A DNA stretch of 64,000 nucleotides from Podarcis melisellensis (Eukaryota). Shown here piece by piece: positions 18,918 through 36,600 of the stretch (positions are counted from its first letter, which is position 1; each line of letters starts with the position of its first letter). The notes beneath the pieces are model-generated. The model was not told the DNA's origin. It was given only the letters and a program-made list of their open reading frames with translations, and did no database searches. The stretch lies in assembly GCA_964234715.1 (NCBI GenBank), contig OZ174282.1; one strand, written 5' to 3'. A program made the position numbers and the translations under genes.

Positions 18918-21448
18918 ATGCGGCCCCTCACGGAGGAAGAAACGCGCGCGCTCTTCGAGAAACTCTCCAAATAGTAAGCGGGGTGGCGGTGGCGGCACTT
19001 GTGTTCTCTGGGTTCATTAGGCTTTATGATTAACCCATGGAACTCACTGACACAAGATATTCGGATCCCCACCCAATGGACTTCCAGAGGGAATTAGAAA
19101 AATCAGTGAAGGAGGGGAAGTCTGTCTCTTGCTGTTGGCCCAGAAAGTAAAATGGAAGCGTCATTGAACCATAGCGGCGGAAGATACCGCAAAGGTCCTC
19201 TAGCCCACCCCAATGGATGTAGAGACTCACAACATTATAGGCAGGCAGCAACCAATGCTCTGCTGTGAGGAAGGGGGCACCCACCTTCTCAGACAGACTG
19301 TACCAGTGTGGAATAGCTCTTCTTGCCACGGAATACCTCTAGCTGGGAGACAACAGCAGGAGAACTAGATGGGTCGTGTTTAATGCAGAAAAATAATTAC
19401 AGGGGTTATAGGGAAGTCAGTACAATAGTTTAAAATTGAAGTCTTCATATATGTACAGAGGCAGTATGTCTTAGAAATGGCTGCTGTTCTCCACCCCTGC
19501 TTGCTGGCTCCCTGCAGGTATTTGACTTGCTTTTGCCAGGAGGAGGAGGCTGAACTAATTGGGCATTTGGTCAAGTCTAGCATAAGAGGGCTGTTCTCAT
19601 GTTTTGTGGGGACTGGCTGACAGTGTGTCTCTTTGTTCCAACCTTTTTAAGTATTGGTGAGAACATCCAGCTCCTGGTTGACCGGCCAGATGGTGCCTAC
19701 TGCTTCCGCCTGCACAAGGACCGAGTCTATTACCTCAGGTGAGGAGGCCCTACATACACCCTGGGGCATGTTATTAATGTTAACACCTTCATCCATAACA
19801 CACATTAAGTAAAAAATAAAAGGATGGATCTTTGAACATGTGTAAGGCTCTCTTCCTCTTCCAGAATGTACCCACGTCTCTGTGGGTGGGGAGAAGAGTA
19901 GAGGCATCTATGGGGGGAAATGCCTGTTTTCTTTTGTAAGATGCTGCTTGTTCTCACTGCAGAGCTGCAAGGTGCTGGGAAAGAGATCTTGTTTCCCTTG
20001 TGTTTTTAGCAGCAGAAGAGCAAAAGATGTAAAAGGAGCAGAACTGAACTAAGGGAAGCTGTACTCATGGACAGTCTTTCATATGCAAATGAAGGACAGA
20101 GAGGAGGGACTTGGTCTCATAATTTAACTCTGAGCTCCCGTCTTGTCTGATCCAGCTTTTGGCACATTTTATCACTTCCAGTGCAAGTGCAACACATTGT
20201 ATTTGGGGACGAGGAGTGGCTATGAGGTCTTGCTTGTTTTAGGGTTGCTTGGATTAAATCCCCAAACCTGCCTTTTCCATCATCAGTATCCCTGATTTGG
20301 TTTAGGTACTTTAAAGCTTCCCATCTCCCCTATGGAAGCATATAACCAAAAAGCCACAATACTGGCTGCAGGTACTTGGAGTGTGCCTCAGGCCACAGCA
20401 TGTTTCAGTGATGCTCTTATGATGACTTCGGAGCTTCTGAATCTGGAGACACAGAGTCCTAATGATAAGCCTTTGCTTTCTGTTTCTTAGTGAGAAGATT
20501 CTGAAGCTTGCTACAAACATCCCCCGGGAGAATCTGGTGTCTCTTGGCACCTGCTTTGGAAAGTTCACCAAGAGCCAGAAGTTCCGACTCCACATCACTG
20601 CCCTCGATTACCTTGCTCCCTACGCCAAGGTAAAGATGGCACAGAGGACCATTTATTTGAGGGGCACTATCCTACCAAAATAGGTACCGCTCTGGTGGGA
20701 AGGTAAATGGCGTTTCCATGCGCTGCTCTGGTTTCGCCAGAAGTGGCTTAGTCATGCTGACCACATGACCCGGAAGCTGTACGCCGGCTCCCTCGGCCAA
20801 TAAAGCAAGATGAGTACTGCAACCCCAGAGTCATCTGCAATTGGACCTAACGGTCAGGGGTCCCTTTATCTTTACCTAGCCTACCAAAAATGTCAAAACA
20901 CCTGTAGTGCTGTGTGGGGTGGGGACCTGCTAGCTGTTTATTGGGAAGGGGGGTATTTTTTCCCCTTGTGCTAATCTAAGGAGGACAAGAAAGGGAACCC
21001 GTGTAGTGGTACATTTAATGTAACTCAAAGAGGATATCTCTCATTTTTTTTCTCATGCAGTACAAAGTGTGGGTGAAGCCTGGGGCAGAGCAGTCCTTCC
21101 TTTATGGGAACCACATACTGAAGTCTGGCTTGGGGCGCATCACAGAGAGCACTGCCCAGTACCAGGGTGTGGTGGTATATTCCATGGCTGACGTCCCCCT
21201 GGTGAGTGACACTTAGTGGGTAGGTGGATGGGTGGGTGGGTTGGATGGTTGGACCTGAGTGAATTTGAAGTTAAGACAATGCCCCTCCAAGGTCTTAATG
21301 ACTTCCTTGTTCCAATTGACCTTCTTAGGGCTTTGGAGTGGCAGCCAAGTCCACCCAGGAGTGCCGGAAAGTGGACCCCATGGCGATCGTGGTTTTTCAC
21401 CAAGCGGATATTGGAGAATACATACGGCATGAAGAGACGCTGACATAA
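18918..21448 (+). CDS. NIP7: 60S ribosome subunit biogenesis protein NIP7, 5 exons, 180 aa
   Basis: Exons 18918-18973, 19652-19738, 20491-20629, 21061-21201, 21329-21448 (543 nt). Protein [19 protein letters not shown]…[16 protein letters not shown], with a PUA domain. Confidence 0.97.
20681..20876 (+). mobile_element. 5'-truncated Sauria SINE (Squam1) with target-site duplication
   Basis: Body catgacccggaagctgtacgccggctccctcggcc and tail ctttatctttacct. Flanks are ctatcctaccaaaa and ctagcctaccaaaa. Confidence 0.8.
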
Positions 21449-22286
21449 ATGGCAGGGCAGAAAGCCCCAAAGACTGACTTTCCCACCCTCCTCAACCAGC
21501 CTGTGCCCCTTTTCATGCAGACTGTGGAAGGCGCAACTGTGTAGGTTGTTAAACTGCCAGCAAAATATCTATCTACCTCCTGATGGCCACAGTGAGACTG
21601 TAGATGAGTCACAAAACTTTGGGATATAGCTGCAGGCCTGGCAGTTCTAGCTACAATTCTGACACAGTAAAGCTATTTCATTTTTCTCCTTTCATTGTCT
21701 TGATTCATCTGATGTTCAGGGAACTGGTTACATTACAGCCTCTCTTATTTTGCCCTGGGCTTTGGGGCTGGCAAACCAGAGGTGTTTCACAAAGCCATGG
21801 AGAACCAAAAACTAGAAGTTCTCTTTTCCTCCCACCTTCCCTGCTGCAGTAGCCTTTGCTTCCAAGCTGGCTGCCTCTAAAGGAAGAGGAAGGAATCTTG
21901 TGTTTGGTGGTGGTGGAGATCATGTGTGTCTGCATGCGCACCCCCATTTACTAATTATGCCCTTAATGTACTTCTTGCTCAATGTAAAAATCTCACATAC
22001 CTATGCTGTGGTTGCAGCAGGACTCCCACATTTTGAGTCATTTTATTTTAACTTGGGGCAGTTTTCATTTCAAGTCAACCAACCCCCTGTGGCTCCTCTG
22101 GAGGAATACTTGGATTTTTCAGCCAACACCCCTCCCCCCACCAAAAAAGAAGCCACACCAACAGGTGGACGTGCCCTTGCTCTCCTTTGCTGCTTGCAGG
22201 TATTTAGTCAGTTGGGTGTTAAGAGGGTGGCAAGGAGAGAGCAATTTGGCTTTTCAGCCTGGCATAAATAGCCTTCTGAAGCAGCC

Positions 22287-26253
<3,967 letters not shown>

Positions 26254-27544
26254 CTACCTGCTGCTTGCCAGACTTCTTGGACTGCAATTCCCATCAGCCC
26301 TAGTCTCAGATGGTTGTGCTGATGTAACCTGTAGTCCAAGAGATCTGGAGGCTAGGACAGGCAGTGGTAAAGTGTTCCTTCAAGCACAAGCCTCTTGCAG
26401 CAGTTGAGCAGCAGAGCACTAGGTCCTGTACAGGTGAGGCAGCCAAGGGGCAGACAGAACATTGATTCCTCACCTTTCCTCCTATGATCTCCAGGTGGCA
26501 TACCTGGTTCCTCCAACAGCATCTTTTTAATAACCACCACCCTGTGAGGTTGAGAGGCTGCCTGGACCAGGCTGACCCAGGGAGTTTTCCTGCTCAATGC
26601 TTTGAACCTGGCTGGAACCAGTCCCTCATAGCCTGACATTCTGGCTAATTCAACCACCACACTGGTACTCTTTGCTGCAGGTTTCCTGTTGGGGCATTTG
26701 GCTGGCCGCTTTGAAAACCAGGTGCTGGACTAGATGGGCCCCTATTTGACCAGATTATTCAGCTGCTGCAGGGCTCTTCTGATGCCTTTATGCTAAAAGG
26801 CAACAGGAAATGGTCATATCTATTCTGTCTCAGACGAAGGCAGGTTACCCAACAGCAAAAAGCACAGCAAAAAGCAGTTTGATTTAAATAGTATCTCTTT
26901 CCTATTAAAGCCCTTTCTTGGGGAAAACTGCCCTAACTAGTTTGCCCTTTTCTTTGCCCAGAGTGTGGCTGCATTCCATTCCACCCACTTCAGCGCAAAT
27001 CCTTCTTGTCTCCTTGTTACTCAAAAGTTCTCCCAAAGCACAAACTCTGCTTGCTTGCAGCAGCTGGTGCTTGAAGGACAAAGTGTGTATCGCAGGAGGA
27101 CGTTTTCCCAGCAGCTGAGATAAGAGAGGAGGGCCCCTCTGGGATAAAATCTGCTCATGGGAAAAAAGGCTAACCACTTTCAAGATCTGTGTAGTTTTGG
27201 TGGTGAGGCAGAGGGAAAGCACAGCCACAACCCATTTTGCACTTGTGTCTGGTTTCATCCACGCTACACAATCAACCGCTTCTTGGACTCACAGAAGCCA
27301 GCATGTCCTCCAACACATTTGAAGTTCAAGCAGTACCACCAGCTAAAAAAAGGAACAGGAAAAGCAGTGGTGACAGGAACAATCTGCCCCAATAGGAGGA
27401 CAACTAGCAACACCTTTGTCCTGCCCCAGAACGCCTGGAATGCTAGTGCCAAACCAAATAGCATGATGGAGATTCCTTTTAATTATCATGGAAGCAGTGC
27501 CTGTTAAAGGAACATGAAATACAGAAGTTGGGGGGGGGGGAACG

Positions 27545-30430
27545 CACTTTGAAACAGGTTCTAATGAAATCCTTAGAAAATTGGAACACAAAAGATCAGA
27601 ATTAGAAGTGTTATATATGGAGAGAATAGGCAAATCCATGCTCGTTGTGAGTCAAAAGTTATATGAACATGGTAAAAAACATTCCAAATGCTAGCCAGGG
27701 CTCTCAAAAGTAAGCAATTTGTTTAAATAATTACTTTAAATATGGAACTTTCACCCATGACTAAAATCAGATTAGCAATATGTTTATAGAGTTTTATAAA
27801 GAGATATATAACCCAAATAACCCTTTACCTGAAAAAAATTAAGTGAGAAGATGTGTTATCAAACCTTTCATAAAGAAAGCACAACAACATTCTGCAGAAG
27901 AAATTGATCAAGCTATTAAAAAAACTGAAATACTGTATATGAGCCCTTGACCTGATGGGCTTGGCAACACATTTTTTAAGAAATACAGAGACCTACCGGT
28001 ACTCACACTTTATATTTGTCAACTTTATCCATCTGGCAAGAGCAATCAGGCGCTGATACATAGGCACTGATCCAGAATAACTGTCCTTCTAAAGCCAGGC
28101 AGAGATAAAGCACAGGTGTGCTCATACAGGCCAAATACCTTATTGAATCAGGACCAGATTATCTTCTTCTCAATTTTAGTTGCACATTTAAATCTAATAA
28201 TTAGGAATTTAATCCATACAGACAAAACATACCTCTTGGGCATATCTTGGATCCCGTAAGACTGTTCTTCTTGGATTTATGTTTCTTAGAAATTTACAAA
28301 GCCTTTGGTGGTTTGGAATGGTGTTATCTCTTAACATTTTGCTGGCATGCCAACTAGGCAATCACCTTATTATAGCAATAGCTAAACTCTACTCAAATAA
28401 TTCAGCTACTCTAAGAATTAATAACATGGACTCCACAGCAATTGCAATCTGGAGAGGGACAAAAAAAGGTTGTCCCTTGTGGCCACTGCTCCTCGTCCTC
28501 TCTTTTGAACCATTTGCTAATATCTTACGTCTTAATCCAAATGTAAAAGGATATTCGAGAAAGGGCGAAGAGCATCTGTTGACAATGTATGCAGATGATA
28601 TTGTTGTAGTGATGAAAGGCCCTAAGGGTCAGCCTGTGCATTAAAGGAAGAATTAACATATTTTTGTGAAGTGGCAGGCTTAAAAATAAACACTGGAAAA
28701 TCAATGATGTTTTTCAGTCTTCCACCACTGATTCAAATACACACTTGTCATATTCTTAATACACCTATGTGCTGCTCTGCATTTGGAGACCTGGGTGTGC
28801 CAATTCTAAAAAACATGAACCATGAATCTAAACTGAATTATCCCATTATTTTAAAAATGAACATGGACTTTAAAAAATGGAACAAATTTAACCTTTCCAT
28901 TTTAGGCTCTATTGCAGCAGTACATATGTTAATTCCCCTTTTCTGTCCCTCTTTCAGGTCCTCCTTACTTTTCTCCAATGTCCAAATGGCAAACTAAAAT
29001 TGTTTCATATTTCAAGAAAAGTCTTCAAGGTTGCCCATGAAATCTTCTTTTCTTTTTTAAATCAAAGTTGTTGGGGTTTACCAAACCTCTCGGTATACCA
29101 TGACATGTTCCAATTGAGACAGCAGGCTTTCATGATTATGAAGGATGGTAAGAAATGGATCAATTTGGAAGAAAAACAAATAGCCCTAGGTCTGCTATGT
29201 GCTTTATCTTTCAAAAACCTTAAAATTATCACCCAAATGAATAACCCATATTTACAAACTAAATTGAGGATATGGAAAAAATTGAGGATATGGACTCTCC
29301 CCAGGTTGTTCACCACTCACTTCTCTGCAGACATATGCCAGTCTGAAAGATGATACTGATACTTTTAAAGCTAAAATAAAGAAAAGGGTAAAATTGGGTT
29401 ATTTCAGACTGTAATTTTTTTTTTTACAGGAGTAAGACCAGTAACTTTAAATGTACCAAAAATGGGAATTAACTTTAAAGAGGCTTCAAATTCTACAAAT
29501 TAAACATTTACTAAAGGATCTGATAGTTAAATTACATGCAACTAATTTTGAATGATCCAAGGTGCCACTAGGTAATGGAGGCAAGGAAGTAGTATCAAAA
29601 TTTTATGGTTACTTAATACAGAACTAATTTGGGGACTTGTCTAGCCTAAAATAAAGATGGGAATATGATGTAAAAGTAACAATGGAAGACTCAATTTAGA
29701 AAGGGGTGTGCATGAAGAAACCCTTTAAGTCAGTGTCTGCAAATATTAAAGAACTTTCACTCAAAATATTCCACAGATGGTATAGGACTCCATCCCAACA
29801 TCACATCAACTATAAGCCCCTTATGTTGGCATGGATGTGACACTAAGGGGACAAATATACATTTTTGGTGGACTTGTTTTTGAATACAAGTTGTTTGGTC
29901 CCTGGATCACATAGAACTAACAGCACTAATAAAGGAAACAACTAAATTCACTCCATAGCTTTTTATTTTAACAATGTTCCAAGGTACAAATAAAAATGTA
30001 CTATCTAAAGAACTCATCACTTTACCAACTGTAGCAAGGCGGTCTATTTTCCAACACTGGAAAGATTTTGTGGTTTAAAAACATGTACAACACTGCAATT
30101 TCAGCAAAAAATTACATTTAGTTTTCAATTAATTCAAGTTGAGGCACAACCTATGGATTTTGGAGCAGTGTGGTGGGATTTTATATAGTATGTTATTAAT
30201 ACTAATTGAAGTAACTTGATTCCACAAGTAAATAAGAATGTTTGCCTATTGTGAGACTGTAAGATGATGTCATCCTGTTTGTGGATAGAATATATCTTAT
30301 TCTACTATCTTTTTACTTTAACCTTATTTATAGCATTTGTACTCCAGATGATTATGGCATAATATCAGTTTATTAATATCACAGCAGACCTACAGTGAAA
30401 AATAACATTTATAAGAAAATAAAAAATTGA
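27545..30430 (+). mobile_element. Degraded L1/Tx1-type LINE (ORF2 reverse transcriptase remnant)
   Basis: Frameshifted RT motifs RGTKKGCPLWPLL, MYADDIVV, AGLKINTGKS and WGLPNL, AT-rich composition, and an A-rich 3' end. Confidence 0.85.
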
Positions 30431-30697
30431 AATGACATATTTTTTATACTGTAAAATGTGCACTTTCCATAGCAATTGTTTACACAAGGTTGAATCTGTA
30501 TTTTCAGTACTGAAAAATAAAAGGAAACAAAATGGAGGGAGGGGGAGAGCCTATGTCAGAAAGCAGAGGGAGAAGCCTCCAGTGATGCTAAGAGATTGTG
30601 GCCATCAGCCTGCTGGTCCAATGCAATACACTGCAAAAGTACCTCTGGCCCACCCTGTGTCCACATAGCGTTGGAGCTCAGGCACTTGCCCCCAGGT

Positions 30698-33600
30698 TCA
30701 CAAGAGCCCCAGATTCTTCATCGTCCGCCATCGGTCCTTGATCGCCACAGGAGTGCGGTTCTTAAAGGGGAATGCCTGGGAAATGGCTTTCCACCTCCCT
30801 TCCCCAAACTTCTTCACGCCTTCCTTAATCCACTGAGACTCCTCTGAAGTCCAGATCTAGAAAGAAGAGGGCATAGGCTCTCATGAGCAACCATCAAGTG
30901 CTGCAAGTCTTGCCCCTTGTCCCCATGACAGAACAACAGGTACCCCACCCTCTGGAGATGGTTTTATGGCTGTTGCTAACAGAGGATTGCCACTGACATG
31001 GGATGTAGCCCAGTAACTCACAGCAGGCAAATATCCAGCCCATATTTCAAGACATTAAACCCAACTTGGTGGCACACTTAGTCCTCCTTCTGCAATATGT
31101 GGGTAATAAAAATAAAATTCTGCCTCCTTAAAGTGTGGTTGAAGAGGCCATCAAAGATAGCAGATATAATGTGCTGAGATTGCCCAGGCTTCTTTGAAAC
31201 ACCTGGGTACCCAAGACCCTTGATTATTTAATTAATTAGGAGAGGCTCCTTAGTCCAGTGGTTGAACATGCAGAAGATCCCAGCTTCAAACCTGTGACAT
31301 CTCCAGGTAGAGCCACAAAAGAGACACCTGGCCTGAAACCCTGTAGCACAGACAATACTGAGCTAGATGGACCAGGATTCAGCATATGGCAGCTTCCTAT
31401 GTTCCCATTAATGGGGATTTCACCAGTTATTTCATTTGGGAGAGGGGGTCCTCATCAACTGGCCTCCATTTAGAGGGGTCTTGTCAAGGCAGGCCTATTT
31501 CTCCCCACTGGAGTGTTCAGCTCCAGACTGGGTGTAGGCTTGGTTACCTTCTTTTTCGAACCAAAGAGGGAAGTGTTGATGCTGCTGCTGCTTTCTTCCT
31601 TCGATTCTGAAACACAAATTCATTTACAAACTTTATGGGATGCATGGAACCACTCGGTAAGCTGGTTATTGCTACCGGCTCAGCAGTTGGGAGGTTTTAC
31701 CACTACTGCACCTCATCAGAAATCCAGGATAGTGGTCAAATTCCACCCAGCCCTTGGCATGATGTGTACAGTCAACTACTGATGGAACTATGTTAGGGTT
31801 GCCATACATCCAGGGCATCCCAGACATGTCCTCTTTTGGGGGGCCAACAGGCCCATCCAGGGGGATTTTTACATTTTAAAGGAAATGTCCGGGGTTGTAA
31901 GGAGGGGTTATTTATTCATTTATTGCTTGGCCAACTCTACACACCACTGCTGCCGCCAGACCAAGCTAGGAAAGGAAGAATGTAGGTGCACTTCCTTCCC
32001 TGGCTCAGGCTGTCCTCTTTTTTGCTGTTCAAGATATGGCAACCCTAAACTATGTGGCAAACAGTCATCCATGTTCACTCACAGTTGCCATCTCATTCTA
32101 GCACGGTTCACAAAATTTATCACTTTGTTTTGCAAGATGTTTAGCAGGTTTTGAGAGTTTTGCTTTTAGCTAGTCTGGGCATTGCCTAAGCAAGCCTCCT
32201 GAAGGACCGCAGTTAACAGTTCTCTTTGCTTGCCATGCTGGCAATGTTTTTCCCCATGTCATTGTGATGTCACTGGGTAATGCAATGTGAGAAGCCATCA
32301 AAACTGCACAGCTGCTTTAATTAGAAGAGTGCATGGAGCTACAATTGAGCATCATGCAGAACAAGAAGACAGTCTGAGGCAAAAGGCAGTAATTTTGTCA
32401 GTGCTGCTGCTGTGCACTTGGGAGTAGGTAGTCCAAATATTTTACTTTTCTGATCCAAGAGCTGTGCCCCCAAATCCCTCTGCTTACTGTATACAGGATA
32501 CTAGCTGCTTACCAAAAAGTTCATCCTCATCACTCCAGACCTCCTTTTCTTCATCCTGACTTAAACAAATTAGTCTCCTCTTTGCTAATCTGAATGGAAC
32601 AGAGAAACACAAGTAAGGAAAGACCTACCCCACAAGGAGATGAGACGGGACTGAGATGCATCAATTAATGTCGCACACAACCAGGATTATGGAGATGCTG
32701 GGTTAAGTATCAGAAAAGGAGTGAGGTTAATTTGTCACAGCAAACACACCACTGCAGAGACCCATGGCAGCTTAAATATGAGCAAATAGCTGGTGGCAGA
32801 AACACAAACCCTTATCCTTGGTACAGACGGAAGGAGGGAGGGGGGAAGAGAAATAACATTTTCTACCTTCCATCTGGCAACTGAAGCTAACATTCCAGGC
32901 ATCTGACAAAGCAGAAACAGGTGTTTCTGTCACAATAAATTTGTTTAGCAATCTTTAATGGGGCCAGAGACCGTATTGTCAATTCTGCTGTTTTTGCAAT
33001 CTGAGTAATAAAAATTAAGACAATCTGCTTCTACTAGATGGGGGAGAAGATGCACAGCGATGCAACCCTACCACTGCAAACCACCTTTGCCTTCCTTGGA
33101 GCTTCTGGGCTGAGGCCTAAGGCCTTCTAATGGATTCCTTGCAAAGGTGAAAGTTGCACCAAATGCCTCATGCTGTGCCAGTTCCCCAGCAGACCCCACA
33201 GCAGTCATAGCCTCTTACCTGGGATATTGGGAGGTATCATCAGGCTGGGTGGGGTTTTGGGGCTGTGCAGGCCGGACAACCAAAGTTGCCACAGGCCTCT
33301 TGGATGGAACTTGGCAGGAAGTTGGGGGGTTCCAACTCTCTGACCCCATAACCAATGTGCTTATGGACACTGAGCGTTCACTGGGGTGTGGCCTGGAGGC
33401 AGCACGGTTCTTCTCTATTTGGCACTTGGCTGCGTGGAAATCAGAAGCCAAACATGGCTTGGGGAAAGTCCAGTCCAACTTGTCCAATTTTGAAAACTCT
33501 TCATCTGCATCTGGGGAATTGGACAGGATCTTGAAAGCATCCCTCAGAGTAGAAAACCCATACGAGCCCATCCTCTTAGGTGAGCATCTGCAAAATAAAG

Positions 33601-36600
33601 AAACATCAGAAGGTTGCTCCACAAGTTTTGCCAATTTATGCTGCTGACCTCACCCCCCAAGACCTTGCTCCCCTGGAAGCAGGTGCAATCTGAGTGCTGA
33701 GAGCCAGAAGTTGTATGGCAAAACAGCATGGCAAAGGGAGTCAAAACTGTAAGAGGCCATAGGCTGCTAACCTGTCAGAGTCACTGGAAACTGCTGAGAC
33801 AGTGGCCACAGAAACCACAGCAGGCTCTGCAGCTCCACTGGTTTCTTCTTCTGGCTTTGAAGCTGCCTGGCACTCATCAACCACTTTAGCAAGCTCCAAA
33901 ACAGCTCCCTTTGCCTCCATCAAAGGCTTTGCAACTGTCTCACGGCCTCCCTCCAGAGACTTTGGCTGTTCTTCCACTGTATTTCTAGGCCCTGCCTCAG
34001 GCCGGGGCTCTTCCAAAGTCTCATCAGATCTTCCCACAGATTCAGGATTATCTGCTGCCACCACCTCTGAGGTTTCTTTCACCATTTCCTCCTTGCTGGC
34101 CATTTCCAAAGGATTGAGCCTGGTCTCTATCTGATCATCCAAATCCCTTTTTGCCATCTTAAACAGAGAATGTGAACACAGTTACTAGAGAACACTTCTC
34201 AACTTTATTTTCTTTTTTCTAGTTATATACAGCAGCCATGCCCAAGCTGGTGCCCTGAAGATGCTTTACCTACAAATCCCCTAATTGTAGGGCCTCATGA
34301 TGCTGGAGCACAGCCTCATGATGCTGGAGCTGTTGGGAATTGCTAGTCCAAAACATTGTCAGGTTACAAGCTTGATATATGTCAAATGTGACATTGGAGT
34401 CCTGTGCTGTTCTGCTGTGGGGTATATTTCCCAAACACATAATAGTTTGGCCAGGGAGGCTTTTGTCTTAAGCCTCAGGTGCTGAATGTACCTTTTTTAT
34501 CACAGTGTTTAGAGGGCAAGAGTTCTGCTGTGGCAATGTAGGTGATATTGAAGTGCTCCAGCAACACACAGAAATATATGAAGAAAGCAAGCTGTCTTTT
34601 GCCAAGCCAGACCAATGGTTCATATAGTTTCCTATCACCACATATTGAGTGACAGCGGCTCTCCAGGGTTTCAAGCAGGGGACATTCCCAGTCCTACCTA
34701 GAGATGCCAGGGATTGACCTTGGGACCTTCTGCATGCAAAGTAGATGTTCGACTACTAAGCTATACTCCCACTACAACACCCCACATCTCAATCAAGCAG
34801 CACTCCACACCCTTGCTTACCTCTAAGAGAAAGGGCTCAGAGTCACTCAAGCAGCTTTCTAAATACAGAAGTATTCTTTGCTGGAAAGCTTTATAGGAGA
34901 AGTTCCAGATGGCTGGATGAGCCAAGTTTTTTTCTCGGATGATGCTCTGGAACATTGACCTCATTTTCTAAGCAAGGGGAAATGTTTTTCAGTACTTGCA
35001 AGCAAATTGCAGCACAGGGCAGAGATAAAAGCAATTTTTGCAGTCATTAGAAGTTTAAACAAAACAAGCCAAACCAGCAGAGCAATCTAGGTAATATAAA
35101 AAATGCATGAAAGTAATGATGACTAGAGATGTGGACCACAATCTGTAGCAACATGGGCTGCTTGTGCATGCAATTTTTCTCATTGCATAAGGGGGACAAT
35201 AAACTCTCAAGTATTTAAGACACTCACTGAATTGGAGAATGTGGGAAGGACAAACCATGACTCTGCTTTGCAGTGAAATGACCCTATAAGAGGCACATTT
35301 CAACAACAACAACAGCAACATGAACTCATACCTGCTGAAAGCTCACCTGGGAACTTGGGTCCTTTGACATGTGTTTCCTCAAGATCCTGCTGGCTTGTTC
35401 ATATTCTTTGTTTTTTAGACAGATTATAACAGCCTGGAGAAGACAAAATAATGGTTTGCAAGGAAGACTTTGGGAGACTGTTCCTAATCTAAGAAGATAC
35501 TGTTCGAGAGATATCCCTCTGGAAATTTTCTAGATCTGCTTCAGATTTTCAACCCAGTGTGTTTTCATTGTGTAATATTAGACCACTTATTAAAGAATTA
35601 AAAAAATCAAGTAAGGCAAGTTACTTAAAAGTCTGTAGGCTAACAACATTGAAATAATGTATGCCTCAGGAGAGTCCAGAAGCCAGTTTTTCCTGGATTG
35701 CCCCCGAAGGAAACAAGTTTTCAAAACATGCTGAGTTCCAATAAACCCAGGCACTTCTGAGGAGACATTTCTCTTTCATTTCATCCCAACATATAGGAAT
35801 CGTGCCTCCTTGCTTCTATTAATTTTTGTGAACTTATTTAAAAGTCCAATTTAAGCATGGAGAAAAATAGGCAAGAATTAATCCTGGCATTGAATTAGCA
35901 CCTTAATTAAACCCTTTCCTAAATATACTGCATTTTGAAACTCAAGACAGCTGTCCTCATACTAACTAGGCTGAGAAACAGTAATCAGTGACTACAGAAA
36001 AGGAAATGCTAACACTTACTGCTTCCTTTATTTTATTTCTTATTTCTTCTATTATATCAATGCCTATGTCCAATTCATTCTTCATCTTATCCAAAAGAAC
36101 AAGGGCATATTCAAGAGGTGTTAACTTGGTCTTGGTATCAATGGTCCAATCTTCTTCAATCCTAGACAGAAGCTGGATAATCCGCAGCTGAATGCCAATG
36201 CATTTCTCTAGCACTAGGGGCCTTGCAAGCACAGCTGGAGAAGAACAAGACAGTCAAAACAGCCACTAAGCAAAATCAGATAGTTCAGCAAACCAGGTGT
36301 AACGAGGCTTGGGTAAGGCACCAAAGCCCTGTCCCATATATTGTATCCCTGGCCATATACAGGCAGATAGCTTCATCCCAACATGCCCTTTGGCCCAGGA
36401 ATCACTTTGCATTTGCTTGTTTTTTTGTGTGTGATCTACAATATCCTTTAGTATCTATATATACACAAACACACACATTTTTTTTTAGTGTCTTAATCTT
36501 TGTGGTGAGAGATCTTGCTGGAGCTCCAGTTTTGTGGGGCAGAAATGCAGTATGTACAGATTTTATTTATAATAGATAATAATAATAATATAATAAAATA

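Noticed and set aside
20401-20452. Hairpin with C/D-like words in NIP7 intron 2
   Set aside because: The spacing is too short for a snoRNA, and I recognised no rRNA guide sequence.
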